A stretch of DNA of 64,000 bases. Source: Rebecca billardiae RCC1528 (lineage: Eukaryota > Protista > Haptophyta). Numbering within the stretch: the stretch's first letter is position 1; each line of letters starts with the position of its first letter. The notes under the pieces were generated by a model. The model was not told the origin of the DNA. It saw nothing but the letters and a program-made list of their open reading frames with translations, and searched no databases. The translations under genes were made by a program, and so were the position numbers. This document shows positions 14,201 to 26,200 of the stretch, piece by piece. The stretch covers positions 186,001-250,000 of the forward strand of contig OZ251246.1 of the NCBI GenBank assembly GCA_965240325.2, in the 5' to 3' direction.

Positions 14201-17200
14201 GCCCAATCACCACTGTCGAGAGCAGCGGCGTGAACGTGTACAGGAAGTCGGCGTAGAACTGCGCGGACGAGCCGAGGAACGGGAACTTGCGGTCGTCCGC
14301 GCCGTTGCCCAGCGCGTCCGTCGTCTCGATCATCACAGCAACGCCCAAAGACCCGCTGAGCGCCTGCGGCCACCCGCCGCTCGGGTACACGCCCACGCTG
14401 AACACGCCGTTGGCGTACTCGCCGCGCCCCACCCAGTAGCCTTCGGTCGACGTGCCGTTGTCCGTGCCGTTCACGTACACTGGCGTGTATGATGCAGTGG
14501 CCGCGCCGATCTCGAAGAAGACGCTCGTCTGGCTGTCGTCGGCGACGGTGTTGTCGTCCTTCGTCACGACGACGGACACCACGAGCGGGTCGCTCGTGCC
14601 GACGCCAACGGCCCCCGACGGGATGCTGTAGCTCGTCAGGAAGCGGTACTTGCCCGCGACTGCGCGCAGCAGGTACTGCACATCCTGCGCGCCCGTGCTG
14701 TTATCCAGCGTCGGGTCGAGCGCGGACGCGCACGTCGTCAGCCCGGACACGCCGATGACGAACTGCGAGAGCACGCGCACGTCGAATGAGGTCAGGGCGC
14801 AGTCACCGTTCACATCGCCGGCGACGCCAGCCGAGCAGCCCGAGCACTCCGCCAGCCGCCGCGCGCGCGCCGCCCGGCTCGACTCGGTCGGCACAAACAG
14901 GGGCGGCACGTACTCAGCGGCCAGCGCGAGCGCGCGCCGCCGGCTGACGGTCGTCGTGAGGCCGCCTGCGCCCGCGAAGAGTTCGGCGTTCTGCACGCGC
15001 GTCTCGGTCGCGCCCTGCACGGTCACGAGCTCGACGATGCTTCCCGTCAGCGACGTGCTCGCCGAGGACAGCACGTCGAATGTGACGGAGCCGATCGAGG
15101 CGGCAGTGCCGCTGGTGATCTGCGATGCCGTGTTGCCCACAAACCTGACCTCGTTCAGCGGATCGTTGATCGTGCACTCGGCCCACGAGAGCGTGCTGCA
15201 CGACGTCGCGACCAGGACAGCGCTGTCGATGGCCAGCTCGATCTGGAAGTTGACCAAGTACTCCGAGCCGCCACCCGTGTTCACGCGCACGGGCACCGTC
15301 AGCGAGTTGCCAGACTGCTGGAACTGCAGTCCGCTCGCTGAGCCGAGGTCCACGTCGTACGTGCCAGGCTGCAGGTTCGCCGTCACGTCGAGGGCGTCGG
15401 CCACCGCGCCGGCATCGCGCGACGTCGCGGTGATCGAGTTCGCCGCGTCACGGCTGTTGCCGGCGATCGTCACCACGCCGTTCGGGTCGACGCCGAGCAC
15501 GGCCGCGTCGTCGCTCTCAAAGCTGAGCACCTCTGACACGCTCACGTACCCCAGCGACATCAGGTTGGTGTACTGCACGCCGTCCTCGAGCGTGACGAGC
15601 GCGCTCAGCGTGCTCGACGTGCCGTTGGTGGCCAGCAGCGACGCGCCGGACGTCAAGCCGCCCAGGCCCAGCGTCAGCGCCGTCACCTTCACCGCCGTCG
15701 CGTCGACGTAGACGGTGGCTGACGCTGTGAGCGTGCCCCACGTCGCGTTGATGAGCGCAACGCCCGCGCCCACGCCGATGACAGTGCTGCCCGACGTGGT
15801 CGCGACGAGCGTGTTGTTCGACGCCAGCACCATCTCGGCGGCCAGCAGCGTGGGCGAGACCACCGTGCCGTCGCTTAGCGTGGCCGATGGCGTCGTGGCC
15901 GTGCGCTGGAACGTGGTGGACGCGCCGATCAGCCCGAGCGTGTCGTCGTCGAGCGTGATCTCGAATGACGCGCCAGCAGCCGTCACGACCGGCACCTCGA
16001 CGAAGCCATTCAGGAGGTACGAGTCGACGAAGACGGTCACGTTGAGCGCAGTGCACGTTGCACCACTCGCCATCGTCACCTCGTTCACGCCGTCGAATGT
16101 GGCGCACGACGACGGCACCGAGAGCGTGATGTTGGTGCGCGGGTCGGTGGTGAAGTCCACCTGCGACTCGTCTTCAAACGTGACCGTGATCGTGACGGTG
16201 AGCGACGTGGGCAGCGACGTCGGCGGCTCGGCAGCAGGGTCGCCCGGCACGGTCACCTTGGTGGCCGATGTGCTCACGCCCACGCTCACCGCGTTCGGCA
16301 ACTCTAGATCCACGCGCGCGCGGCCCGTCGCGAGCACGGCGCTGCACGAATCGATCCAGCTCGCGTCGAGGAGCAGGCCCTCCTGCGACGTGGCAAACGT
16401 TGCCACGGTAGCCGTCCACGGCGACGATGCGTCGCCCGGCGCACCGACGGTGAGACTCGACGTGCGGCTCGTCAGCGTGACCTCAGTCGACGGCACGAGC
16501 TCGTACGAGCCGTCGCCGAGGTACGCGTACGTGTACACGCTCACCGTCTGCCCTTCGGCCGTGAGCGTCTGCCCGAGAGCAGCCGACGCGTCGAAGCCGC
16601 TCGTCGCGCCCACACTCAGCGTCGACGGCGGCGAGTCGACGAACGCGATCGAGTTGAACGCCACGGGCCGGAGCGATGCGACAAGGCGCTCCACGTCCGT
16701 CGACACCACGATCGTCGACGAGATCGACGGGCTCGAGCCGGATGCGCTGATCGCAGCCGAGCCGACGCCCACGCCCGTCACCGTCACCACGCCGGTCGTG
16801 CCGGACGTGGAGATGCTCGCGACGCCGGCGTCGCCCGAGGCGAGCGTCGCCTCGCGCGTCACGTCCACGTTGCTCACCGTGCTCAGGCCCGTGCCGCCAA
16901 ACGACGCGACGAGGCTGGCCGTCGTCGACTGGAACGCCTGCGTGCCGCACTGGCCGGGCTGCGACGCGCCCTTGATGGCGAAGAGCGTACCGTACCCGAA
17001 GCGGATCTCTGCGGACAGCGGGTGCCACACGCGCAGCGGCACGCTCGCGACCACCGCGCCGCTCGAGACGCGCGTCACGTTGACGAGAGTCGTCGCGGCG
17101 CCCGACGTGCTCGAGCTGCTCGCCACCACCGTGCACGGCGACCCTGAGCTGATGCCGAGCACGCTCGAGTCGAGCGCGAGGCACGAGTAGCCGCTCGACT

Positions 17201-20200
17201 GAGTGGCAGACGCAGTGGCGGCGCGGCTGTACAGCTCGAGCACGCTGAGCGCGGTGGTCACGTCGGTGCCGGAGAGCGGCGCGGTGTTGACCAGCTCGCC
17301 CGAGGCGACGTATGCGAGCCAGCCCTGCACCGCCACGGTCTCGACCACGAGCGTGCCGCTCGCTGACGCGCCGTCGTCCGCGTCGGCGACCACGCCCGCC
17401 TGCTCGCTCACGTACACCTGCGTCGCGTCGTTCACGTACTGCTCGATCTCGACCGAGATGGCGCCGGCGTAGCTGCCAGCGGAGGCACCACCGGCCACGC
17501 TCATCGTCAGCGTGATCAGCTCCACGGCCGTACCGGTCACCTGCGCGTTGGTCGTGCCACCGGTGAGCCCCGTCGCGATGATCGACACGAGGCCGGCCGC
17601 GTTGTCGTTCACCTCCGGTGAGTTGTACGTGCTCGCGACCGACGTGCTGGCGACGCTGAGCACGCTCGAGTTGTACGCAATGTTGATCTGCCAGGTGATC
17701 AGCGCGACGCCACCCGTGTGCGCATACATCACCAGGTCAAAGCTGTCGCCCGCGAACACGGGCGACTGCGCCATCTGGCCCAGCAGGCCGACCGATGGGA
17801 GTGTGTACGCGGTCGGGCTCTCGGCGAGCGTGATCGCGCCCGCACGAGAGCACGAGTCCACGGTGCCGCCGCCGTAGTTGAAGTCGACGAGCACGTCGAC
17901 GCTGCCCGCTGCGGCCGTGCTGAACCAGCCCGAGCTCACGGTGGCCGAGCACTCGCCCACGCCCGTCGTCGCGCTCGGCGAGCCGCACGAGAAGCTCTGG
18001 TCGGAGCCGCCCACCAGCGACAGCGTCAGGCTCACGCTCAGACCAGTGGTGAGCACGGACGAGCGGTGCGCCGCATCGCGAAGCTGGTACGCGACGCGCA
18101 CGCCCGCGCGGTCCGCGTACGCCGTCGGCGTGCGCACCGCGCAGTCCACGCTCGCCGCCTGCTCGGCGGTCACGCTGTAGCTGCTCGCCACGCCGAGATC
18201 GATGCCGTGCGACGCGGCGCGCACCGTGCCGGACGCGCCCACAGACGCGCCCGCCAAGAAGCCCACCGTCAAGTTGTGCCGGTTGCCGGCGCTGCTGACC
18301 GTGCCGTGCACAACCGCGCCCGGGCTGCTGCTCGTCGTGTACAGCGTGATCTGAGCGTCCGAGACCAGCGCATCCGCGCCGAACACGAACGGCGGAAGCG
18401 GCGGCGACGGCGGCGACGGCGGCGGGAATGGCAGCGTGCGCGGCGGCGGCGGGCTTGGCGGCGACGGCGGCGGGAGCGGCGGCGGTGGGCTAGGTGGCGG
18501 CGAAGGCGGTGGGCTCGGCGGCGGCGATGGGGGCGGAGAGGGCGGCTGCGGGCTAGGCGGCGGGCTGGGCGGTGGGCTGGGCGGTGGCGCAGGTGGCACT
18601 GACGGTGGTGGGGATGGCGGTGGGGATGGTGGCAAGGACGGAGGAGGCGACGGCGGCGGGCGAGGTGGCGGCGGTGAAGGAGGCGGGGACGGCGGTGGGG
18701 AAGGTGGTGGGGATGGCGGCGGCTGCGGCGGTGGCGATGGAGGTGGCGACGGGGGTGTGTTTGGCGGAGGGCTGGGCGGAGGGGAAGGCGGTGGCAGAGG
18801 CGGCGGCGGCGAAGGCGGCGGGCTCGGCGGCAGAGACGGCGGCGGTGCGGGTGGAGGAGACGGCGGCGGCGATGGGGGAGGGCTCGGGGGCGGGCTGGGA
18901 GGAGGCGAGGGCGGAGGTGACGGCGGCGGGGTCGGTACAGTCACCGGCGGAGGCGGGCTCGGTGGCGGACTCGGTGGCGGGCTTGGCGGCGGGTTCGGAG
19001 GTGGGCTCGGCGGCAGGCTCGGCGGCGGGCTCGGTGGCGGCAAGGGCGGCTGTGCAGGAGGCGGTGACGGCGGCGGCGAAGGAGGGGGCGACGGCGTGGC
19101 CGCAGCTGGCGGCGGGCTGGGGGGAGGCGATGGAGGCGGGCTCGGTGGTGGGCTCGGTGGCGGCGACGGTGGTGGGCCCGGTGGCAACGACGGCGGTGGC
19201 GAAGGCGGTGGTGACGGTGGTGGCGATGGCGGCGGCACTGGTGGCGGCGGCGACGGAGGGGGCGACGGTGGCGGTGACGGTGGCGGAGATGGCGGCGGGG
19301 AGGGGGGCGACGGCGGTGGAAACGGCTCAGCACGCGGCGGTGGCGGCGGCTGCGGCGGTGGGCTCGGCGGTGGTGACGGAGGCGGGCTTGGAGGCGGTGA
19401 CGGCGGTGGCAAAGGTGGCGGTGGCGAAGGCGGAGGGCTCGGAGGAGGGCTGGGCGGCGGGCTAGGCGGCGGTGACGGTGGCGGTGAAGGCGGCGGCAAT
19501 GGGATAGGCGCGGGCGGAGGGCTCGGAGGCGGGCTGGGCGGTGGGCTCGGCGGCGGGCTCGGTGGCGAGCTCGGAGGTGGAGAAGGCGGTGGCGATGGTG
19601 GCGGTGATGGCGGCGGCGAAGGTGGCGGGCTCGGTGGGGGCGAGGGCGGCGGAGACGGTGGCGGTGTCGGCGTGCCCGCTGCCGGCGGTGGGCTCGGTGG
19701 CGGCCTCGGCGGAGGGCTCGGTGGTGGTGACGGGGGCTGCACAGGCGGTGTTGCGGGCGGCGGCGATGGCGGCGGTGACGGCGGCGGTGACGGTGGCGGC
19801 ACCGGCGGCGGTGGCGACGGTGGCGGCGAAGGCGGAGGGCTCGGTGGCGGCGAGGGTGGTGGCGACGGCGGTGGCGACGGCGGTGGTGATGGTGGTGGCG
19901 AAGGTGGCGGCGCCGGCGGCGACGGAGGCGGGAACGGATCTGTGCGAGGTGGCGGCGGCGGCGCCGGCGGCGGGCTTGGCGGCGGCGACGGAGGTGGGCT
20001 GGGCGGTGGCGACGGCGGTGGTATCGGCGGCGGGGGCGACGGCGGTGGACTCGGCGGAGGGCTCGGCGGAGGGCTCGGTGGAAGCGACGGCGGCGGCGAC
20101 GGTGGCGGCGCAGGCGCGCCAACAGGCGGCGGGCTCGGCGGTGGAATCGGTGGCGGGCTCGGCGGTGGGCTCGGCGGTGGGCTCGGCGGTGGGCTCGGCG

Positions 20201-23200
20201 GTGGGCTCGGCGGCGGCGACGGCGGCGGCGACGGCGGCGGCGACGGCGGTGGCGACGGAGGCGGTGATGGAGGCGGCGTCGGCGCACCTGCTGCCGGCGG
20301 TGGGCTCGGTGGCGGAGACGGCGGCGGGCTCGGTGGCGGGCTCGGCGGAGGGCTCGGTGGTGGGCTCGGCGGTGGGCTGGGCGGCGAAGCCGGCGGCGGC
20401 GATGGTGGCGGTGATGGTGGCGGCGACGGTGGCGGCGCCGGCGGCGGTGGCGACGGTGGCGGCGATGGCGGAGGGCTCGGTGGCGGCGAGGGCGGTGGCG
20501 ACGGCGGCGGCGACGGCGGCGGCAACGGCGGCGGCGAGGGCGGCGGAGCCGGCGGCGACGGAGGCGGGAACGGATCTGTGCGAGGTGGCGGTGGCGGCTG
20601 CGGCGGTGGGCTTGGCGGGGGCGACGGAGGTGGGCTCGACGGCGGCGACGGCGGAGGGCTGGGAGGCGGTGGCGACGGCGGCGGGCTCGGCGGAGGGCTC
20701 GGGGGAGGCAATGGCGGAGGCAACGGCGGCGGCGATGGCGGAGGCGCCGGCACGCCAACAGGCGGCGGGCTCGGCGGCGGACTCGGCGGTGGGCTCGGCG
20801 GTGGGCTCGGCGGTGGGCTCGGCGGTGGGCTCGGCGGCGGCGACGGCGGCGGCGACGGCGGCCGCGACGGCGGTGGCGACGGAGGCGGTGAAGGCGGCGG
20901 CGTCGGCGCACCTGCTGCCGGCGGTGGGCTCGGTGGCGGAGACGGCGGCGGGCTCGGCGGCGGGCTCGGCGGAGGGCTCGGTGGTGGGCTCGGTGGTGGG
21001 CTGGGCGGCGAAGCCGGCGGCGGCGATGGTGGCGGTGATGGCGGCGGCGACGGTGGCGGCGCCGGCGGCGGTGGCGACGGTGGCGGCGATGGCGGAGGGC
21101 TCGGTGGCGGCGAGGGCGGTGGCGACGGCGGCGGCGACGGCGGCGGCGACGGCGGCGGCGAGGGCGGCGGAGCCGGCGGCGACGGAGGCGGGAACGGATC
21201 TGTGCGAGGTGGCGGTGGCGGCTGCGGCGGTGGGCTTGGCGGAGGCGACGGAGGTGGGCTCGGCGGCGGCAACGGCGGAGGGCTGGGAGGCGGTGGCGAC
21301 GGCGGCGGGCTCGGCGGAGGGCTCGGGGGAGGCAATGGCGGAGGCAACGGCGGCGGCGATGGCGGAGGCGCCGGCACGCCAACAGGCGGCGGGCTCGGCG
21401 GCGGACTCGGCGGTGGGCTCGGCGGTGGGCTCGGCGGTGGGCTCGGCGGTGGGCTCGGCGGCGGCGACGGCGGCGGCGACGGCGGCGGCGACGGCGGTGG
21501 CGACGGAGGCGGTGATGGAGGCGGCGTCGGCGCACCTGCTGCCGGCGGTGGGCTCGGTGGCGGAGACGGCGGCGGGCTCGGCGGCGGGCTCGGCGGAGGG
21601 CTCGGTGGTGGGCTCGGTGGTGGGCTGGGCGGCGAAGCCGGCGGCGGCGATGGTGGCGGTGATGGCGGCGGCGACGGTGGCGGCGCCGGCGGCGGTGGCG
21701 ACGGTGGCGGCGATGGCGGAGGGCTCGGTGGCGGCGAGGGCGGTGGCGACGGCGGCGGCGACGGCGGCGGCGACGGCGGCGGCGAGGGCGGCGGAGCCGG
21801 CGGCGACGGAGGCGGGAACGGATCTGTGCGAGGTGGCGGTGGCGGCTGCGGCGGTGGGCTTGGCGGAGGCGACGGAGGTGGGCTCGGCGGTGGCGACGGC
21901 GGAGGGCTGGGAGGCGGTGGCGACGGCGGCGGGCTCGGCGGAGGGCTCGGGGGAGGCAATGGCGGAGGCAACGGCGGCGGCGATGGCGGAGGCGCCGGCA
22001 CGCCAACAGGTGGCGGGCTCGGCGGCGGACTCGGCGGTGGGCTCGGCGGTGGGCTCGGCGGTGGGCTCGGCGGTGGGCTCGGCGGTGGGCGCGGCGGTGG
22101 CGACGGCGGCGGCGACGGCGGCGGCGACGGCGGTGGCGACGGAGGCGGCGATGGAGGCGGCGTCGGCGCACCTGCTGCCGGCGGTGGGCTCGGTGGCGGA
22201 GACGGCGGCGGGCTCGGTGGCGGGCTCGGCGGAGGGCTCGGTGGTGGGCTCGGTGGTGGGCTGGGCGGCGAAGCCGGCGGCGGCGACGGTGGCGGTGATG
22301 GCGGCGGCGACGGTGGCGGCGCCGGCGGCGGTGGCGACGGTGGCGGCGATGGCGGAGGGCTCGGTGGCGGCGAGGGCGGTGGCGACGGCGGCGGCGACGG
22401 CGGTGGCGACGGCGGCGGCGAGGGCGGCGGAGCCGGCGGCGACGGAGGCGGGAACGGATCTGTGCGAGGTGGCGGTGGCGGCTGCGGCGGTGGGCTTGGC
22501 GGAGGCGACGGAGGTGGGCTCGGCGGCGGCGACGGCGGAGGGCTGGGAGGCGGTGGCGACGGCGGCGGGCTCGGCGGAGGGCTCGGGGGAGGCAATGGCG
22601 GAGGCAACGGCGGCGGCGATGGCGGAGGCGCCGGCACGCCAACAGGTGGCGGGCTCGGCGGCGGACTCGGCGGTGGGCTCGGCGGTGGGCTCGGCGGTGG
22701 GCTCGGCGGTGGGCTCGGCGGTGGGCTCGGCGGCGGCGACGGCGGCGGCGACGGCGGCGGCGACGGCGGTGGCGACGGAGGCGGTGATGGAGGCGGCGTC
22801 GGCGCACCTGCTGCCGGCGGTGGGCTCGGTGGCGGAGACGGCGGCGGGCTCGGTGGCGGGCTCGGCGGAGGGCTCGGTGGTGGGCTCGGTGGTGGGCTGG
22901 GCGGCGAAGCCGGCGGCGGCGACGGTGGCGGTGATGGCGGCGGCGACGGTGGCGGCGCCGGCGGCGGTGGCGACGGTGGCGGCGATGGCGGAGGGCTCGG
23001 TGGCGGCGAGGGCGGTGGCGACGGCGGCGGCGACGGCGGTGGCGACGGCGGCGGCGAGGGCGGCGGAGCCGGCGGCGACGGAGGCGGGAACGGATCTGTG
23101 CGAGGTGGCGGTGGCGGCTGCGGCGGAGGGCTTGGCGGAGGCGACGGAGGTGGGCTCGGCGGCGGCGACGGCGGAGGGCTGGGAGGCGGTGGCGACGGCG

Positions 23201-26200
23201 GCGGGCTCGGCGGAGGGCTCGGCGGAGGCAATGGCGGAGGCAACGGCGGCGGCGATGGCGGAGGCGCCGGCACGCCAACAGGCGGCGGGCTCGGCGGCGG
23301 GCTCGGCGGTGGGCTCGGCGGTGGGCTCGGCGGCGGCGACGGCGGCGGCGACGGCGGCGGCGACGGCGGTGGCGACGGAGGCGGTGATGGAGGCGGCGTC
23401 GGCGCACCTGCTGCCGGCGGAGGGCTCGGTGGCGGAGACGGCGGCGGGCTCGGTGGCGGGCTCGGCGGAGGGCTCGGTGGTGGGCTCGGTGGTGGGCTGG
23501 GCGGCGAAGCCGGCGGCGGCGACGGTGGCGGTGATGGCGGCGGCGACGGTGGCGGCGCCGGCGGCGGTGGCGACGGTGGCGGCGATGGCGGAGGGCTCGG
23601 TGGCGGCGAGGGCGGTGGCGACGGCGGCGGCGACGGCGGTGGCGACGGCGGCGGCGAGGGCGGCGGAGCCGGCGGCGACGGAGGCGGGAACGGATCTGTG
23701 CGAGGTGGCGGTGGCGGCTGCGGCGGTGGGCTTGGCGGAGGCGACGGAGGTGGGCTCGGCGGCGGCGACGGCGGAGGGCTGGGAGGCGGTGGCGACGGCG
23801 GCGGGCTCGGCGGAGGGCTCGGGGGAGGCAATGGCGGAGGCAACGGCGGCGGCGATGGCGGAGGCGCCGGCACGCCAACAGGTGGCGGGCTCGGCGGCGG
23901 GCTCGGCGGTGGGCTCGGCGGTGGGCTCGGCGGTGGGCTCGGCGGTGGGCTCGGCGGTGGGCTCGGCGGCGGCGACGGCGGCGGCGACGGCGGCGGCGAC
24001 GGCGGTGGCGACGGAGGCGGTGATGGAGGCGGCGTCGGCGCACCTGCTGCCGGCGGTGGGCTCGGTGGCGGAGACGGCGGCGGGCTCGGTGGCGGGCTCG
24101 GCGGAGGGCTCGGTGGTGGGCTCGGTGGTGGGCTGGGCGGCGAAGCCGGCGGCGGCGACGGTGGCGGTGATGGCGGCGGCGACGGTGGCGGCGCCGGCGG
24201 CGGTGGCGACGGTGGCGGCGATGGCGGAGGGCTCGGTGGCGGCGAGGGCGGTGGCGACGGCGGCGGCGAGGGCGGTGGCGACGGCGGCGGCGAGGGCGGC
24301 GGAGCCGGCGGCGACGGAGGCGGGAACGGATCTGTGCGAGGTGGCGGTGGCGGCTGCGGCGGTGGGCTTGGCGGAGGCGACGGGGGTGGGCTCGGCGGCG
24401 GCGACGGCGGAGGGCTGGGAGGCGGTGGCGACGGCGGCGGGCTCGGCGGAGGGCTCGGGGGAGGCAATGGCGGAGGCAACGGCGGCGGCGATGGCGGAGG
24501 CGCCGGCACGCCAACAGGCGGCGGGCTCGGCGGCGGACTCGGCGGTGGGCTCGGCGGTGGGCTCGGCGGTGGGCTCGGCGGTGGGCTCGGCGGCGGCGAC
24601 GGCGGCGGCGACGGCGGCGGCGACGGCGGTGGCGACGGAGGCGGTGATGGAGGCGGCGTCGGCGCACCTGCTGCCGGCGGTGGGCTCGGTGGCGGAGATG
24701 GCGGCGGGCTCGGTGGCGAGCTCGGCGGAGGGCTCGGTGGTGGGCTCGGTGGTGGGCTGGGCGGCGAAGCCGGCGGCGGCGATGGTGGCGGTGATGGCGG
24801 CGGCGACGGTGGCGGCGCCGGCGGCGGTGGCGACGGTGGCGGCGATGGCGGAGGGCTCGGTGGCGGCGAGGGCGGTGGCGACGGCGGCGGCGACGGCGGT
24901 GGCGACGGCGGCGGCGAGGGCGGCGGAGCCGGCGGCGACGGAGGCGGGAACGGATCTGTGCGAGGTGGCGGTGGCGGCTGCGGCGGTGGGCTTGGCGGAG
25001 GCGACGGAGGCGGGCTTGGCGGCGGCGACGGCGGAGGGCTGGGAGGCGGTGGCGACGGCGGAGGGCTCGGCGGAGGGCTCGGGGGAGGCAATGGCGGAGG
25101 CAACGGCGGCGGCGATGGCGGAGGCGCCGGCACGCCAACAGGCGGCGGGCTCGGCGGCGGACTCGGCGGTGGGCTCGGCGGTGGGCTCGGCGGCGGGCTC
25201 GGCGGCGGCGACGGCGGCGGCGACGGTGGCGGCGACGGCGGTGGCGACGGAGGCGGTGATGGAGGCGGCGTCGGCGCACCTGCTGCCGGCGGTGGGCTCG
25301 GTGGCGGAGACGGCGGCGGGCTCGGTGGCGGGCTCGGCGGAGGGCTCGGTGGTGGTGACGGGGGTGGGCTGGGCGGCGAAGCCGGCGGCGGCGACGGTGG
25401 CGGTGATGGCGGCGGCGACGGTGGCGGCGCCGGCGGCGGTGGCGACGGTGGCGGCGATGGCGGAGGGCTCGGTGGCGGCGAGGGCGGTGGCGACGGCGGC
25501 GGCGACGGCGGTGGCGACGGCGGCGGCGAGGGCGGCGGAGCCGGCGGCGAGGGAGGCGGGAACGGATCTGTGCGAGGTGGCGGTGGCGGCTGCGGCGGTG
25601 GGCTTGGCGGAGGCGACGGAGGCGGGCTTGGCGGCGGCGACGGCGGAGGGCTGGGAGGCGGTGGCGACGGCGGCGGGCTCGGCGGAGGGCTCGGGGGAGG
25701 CAATGGCGGAGGCAACGGCGGCGGTGATGGCGGAGGCGCCGGCACGCCAACAGGCGGCGGGCTCGGCGGCGGGCTCGGCGGCGGACTCGGCGGTGGGCTC
25801 GGCGGTGGGCTCGGCGGCGGGCTCGGCGGCGGCGACGGCGGCGGCGACGGTGGCGGCGACGGCGGTGGCGACGGAGGCGGTGATGGAGGCGGCGTCGGCG
25901 CACCTGCTGCCGGCGGTGGGCTCGGTGGCGGAGACGGCGGCGGGCTCGGTGGCGGGCTCGGCGGAGGGCTCGGTGGTGGTGACGGGGGTGGGCTGGGCGG
26001 CGAAGCCGGCGGCGGCGACGGTGGCGGTGATGGCGGCGGCGACGGTGGCGGCGCCGGCGGCGGTGGCGACGGTGGCGGCGATGGCGGAGGGCTCGGTGGC
26101 GGCGAGGGCGGTGGCGACGGCGGCGGCGACGGCGGTGGCGACGGCGGCGGCGAGGGCGGCGGCGCCGGCGGCGACGGAGGCGGGAACGGATCTGTGCGAG

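Noticed and set aside
634-14256. 4540-aa Gly-rich + strand ORF and the many Ala-rich + ORFs
   Set aside because: Antisense shadow of Pro/Ser codons. The + frame hits stops in 14.2-18.4 kb where the minus frame stays open and encodes recognisable domains, and splice signals support the minus strand.
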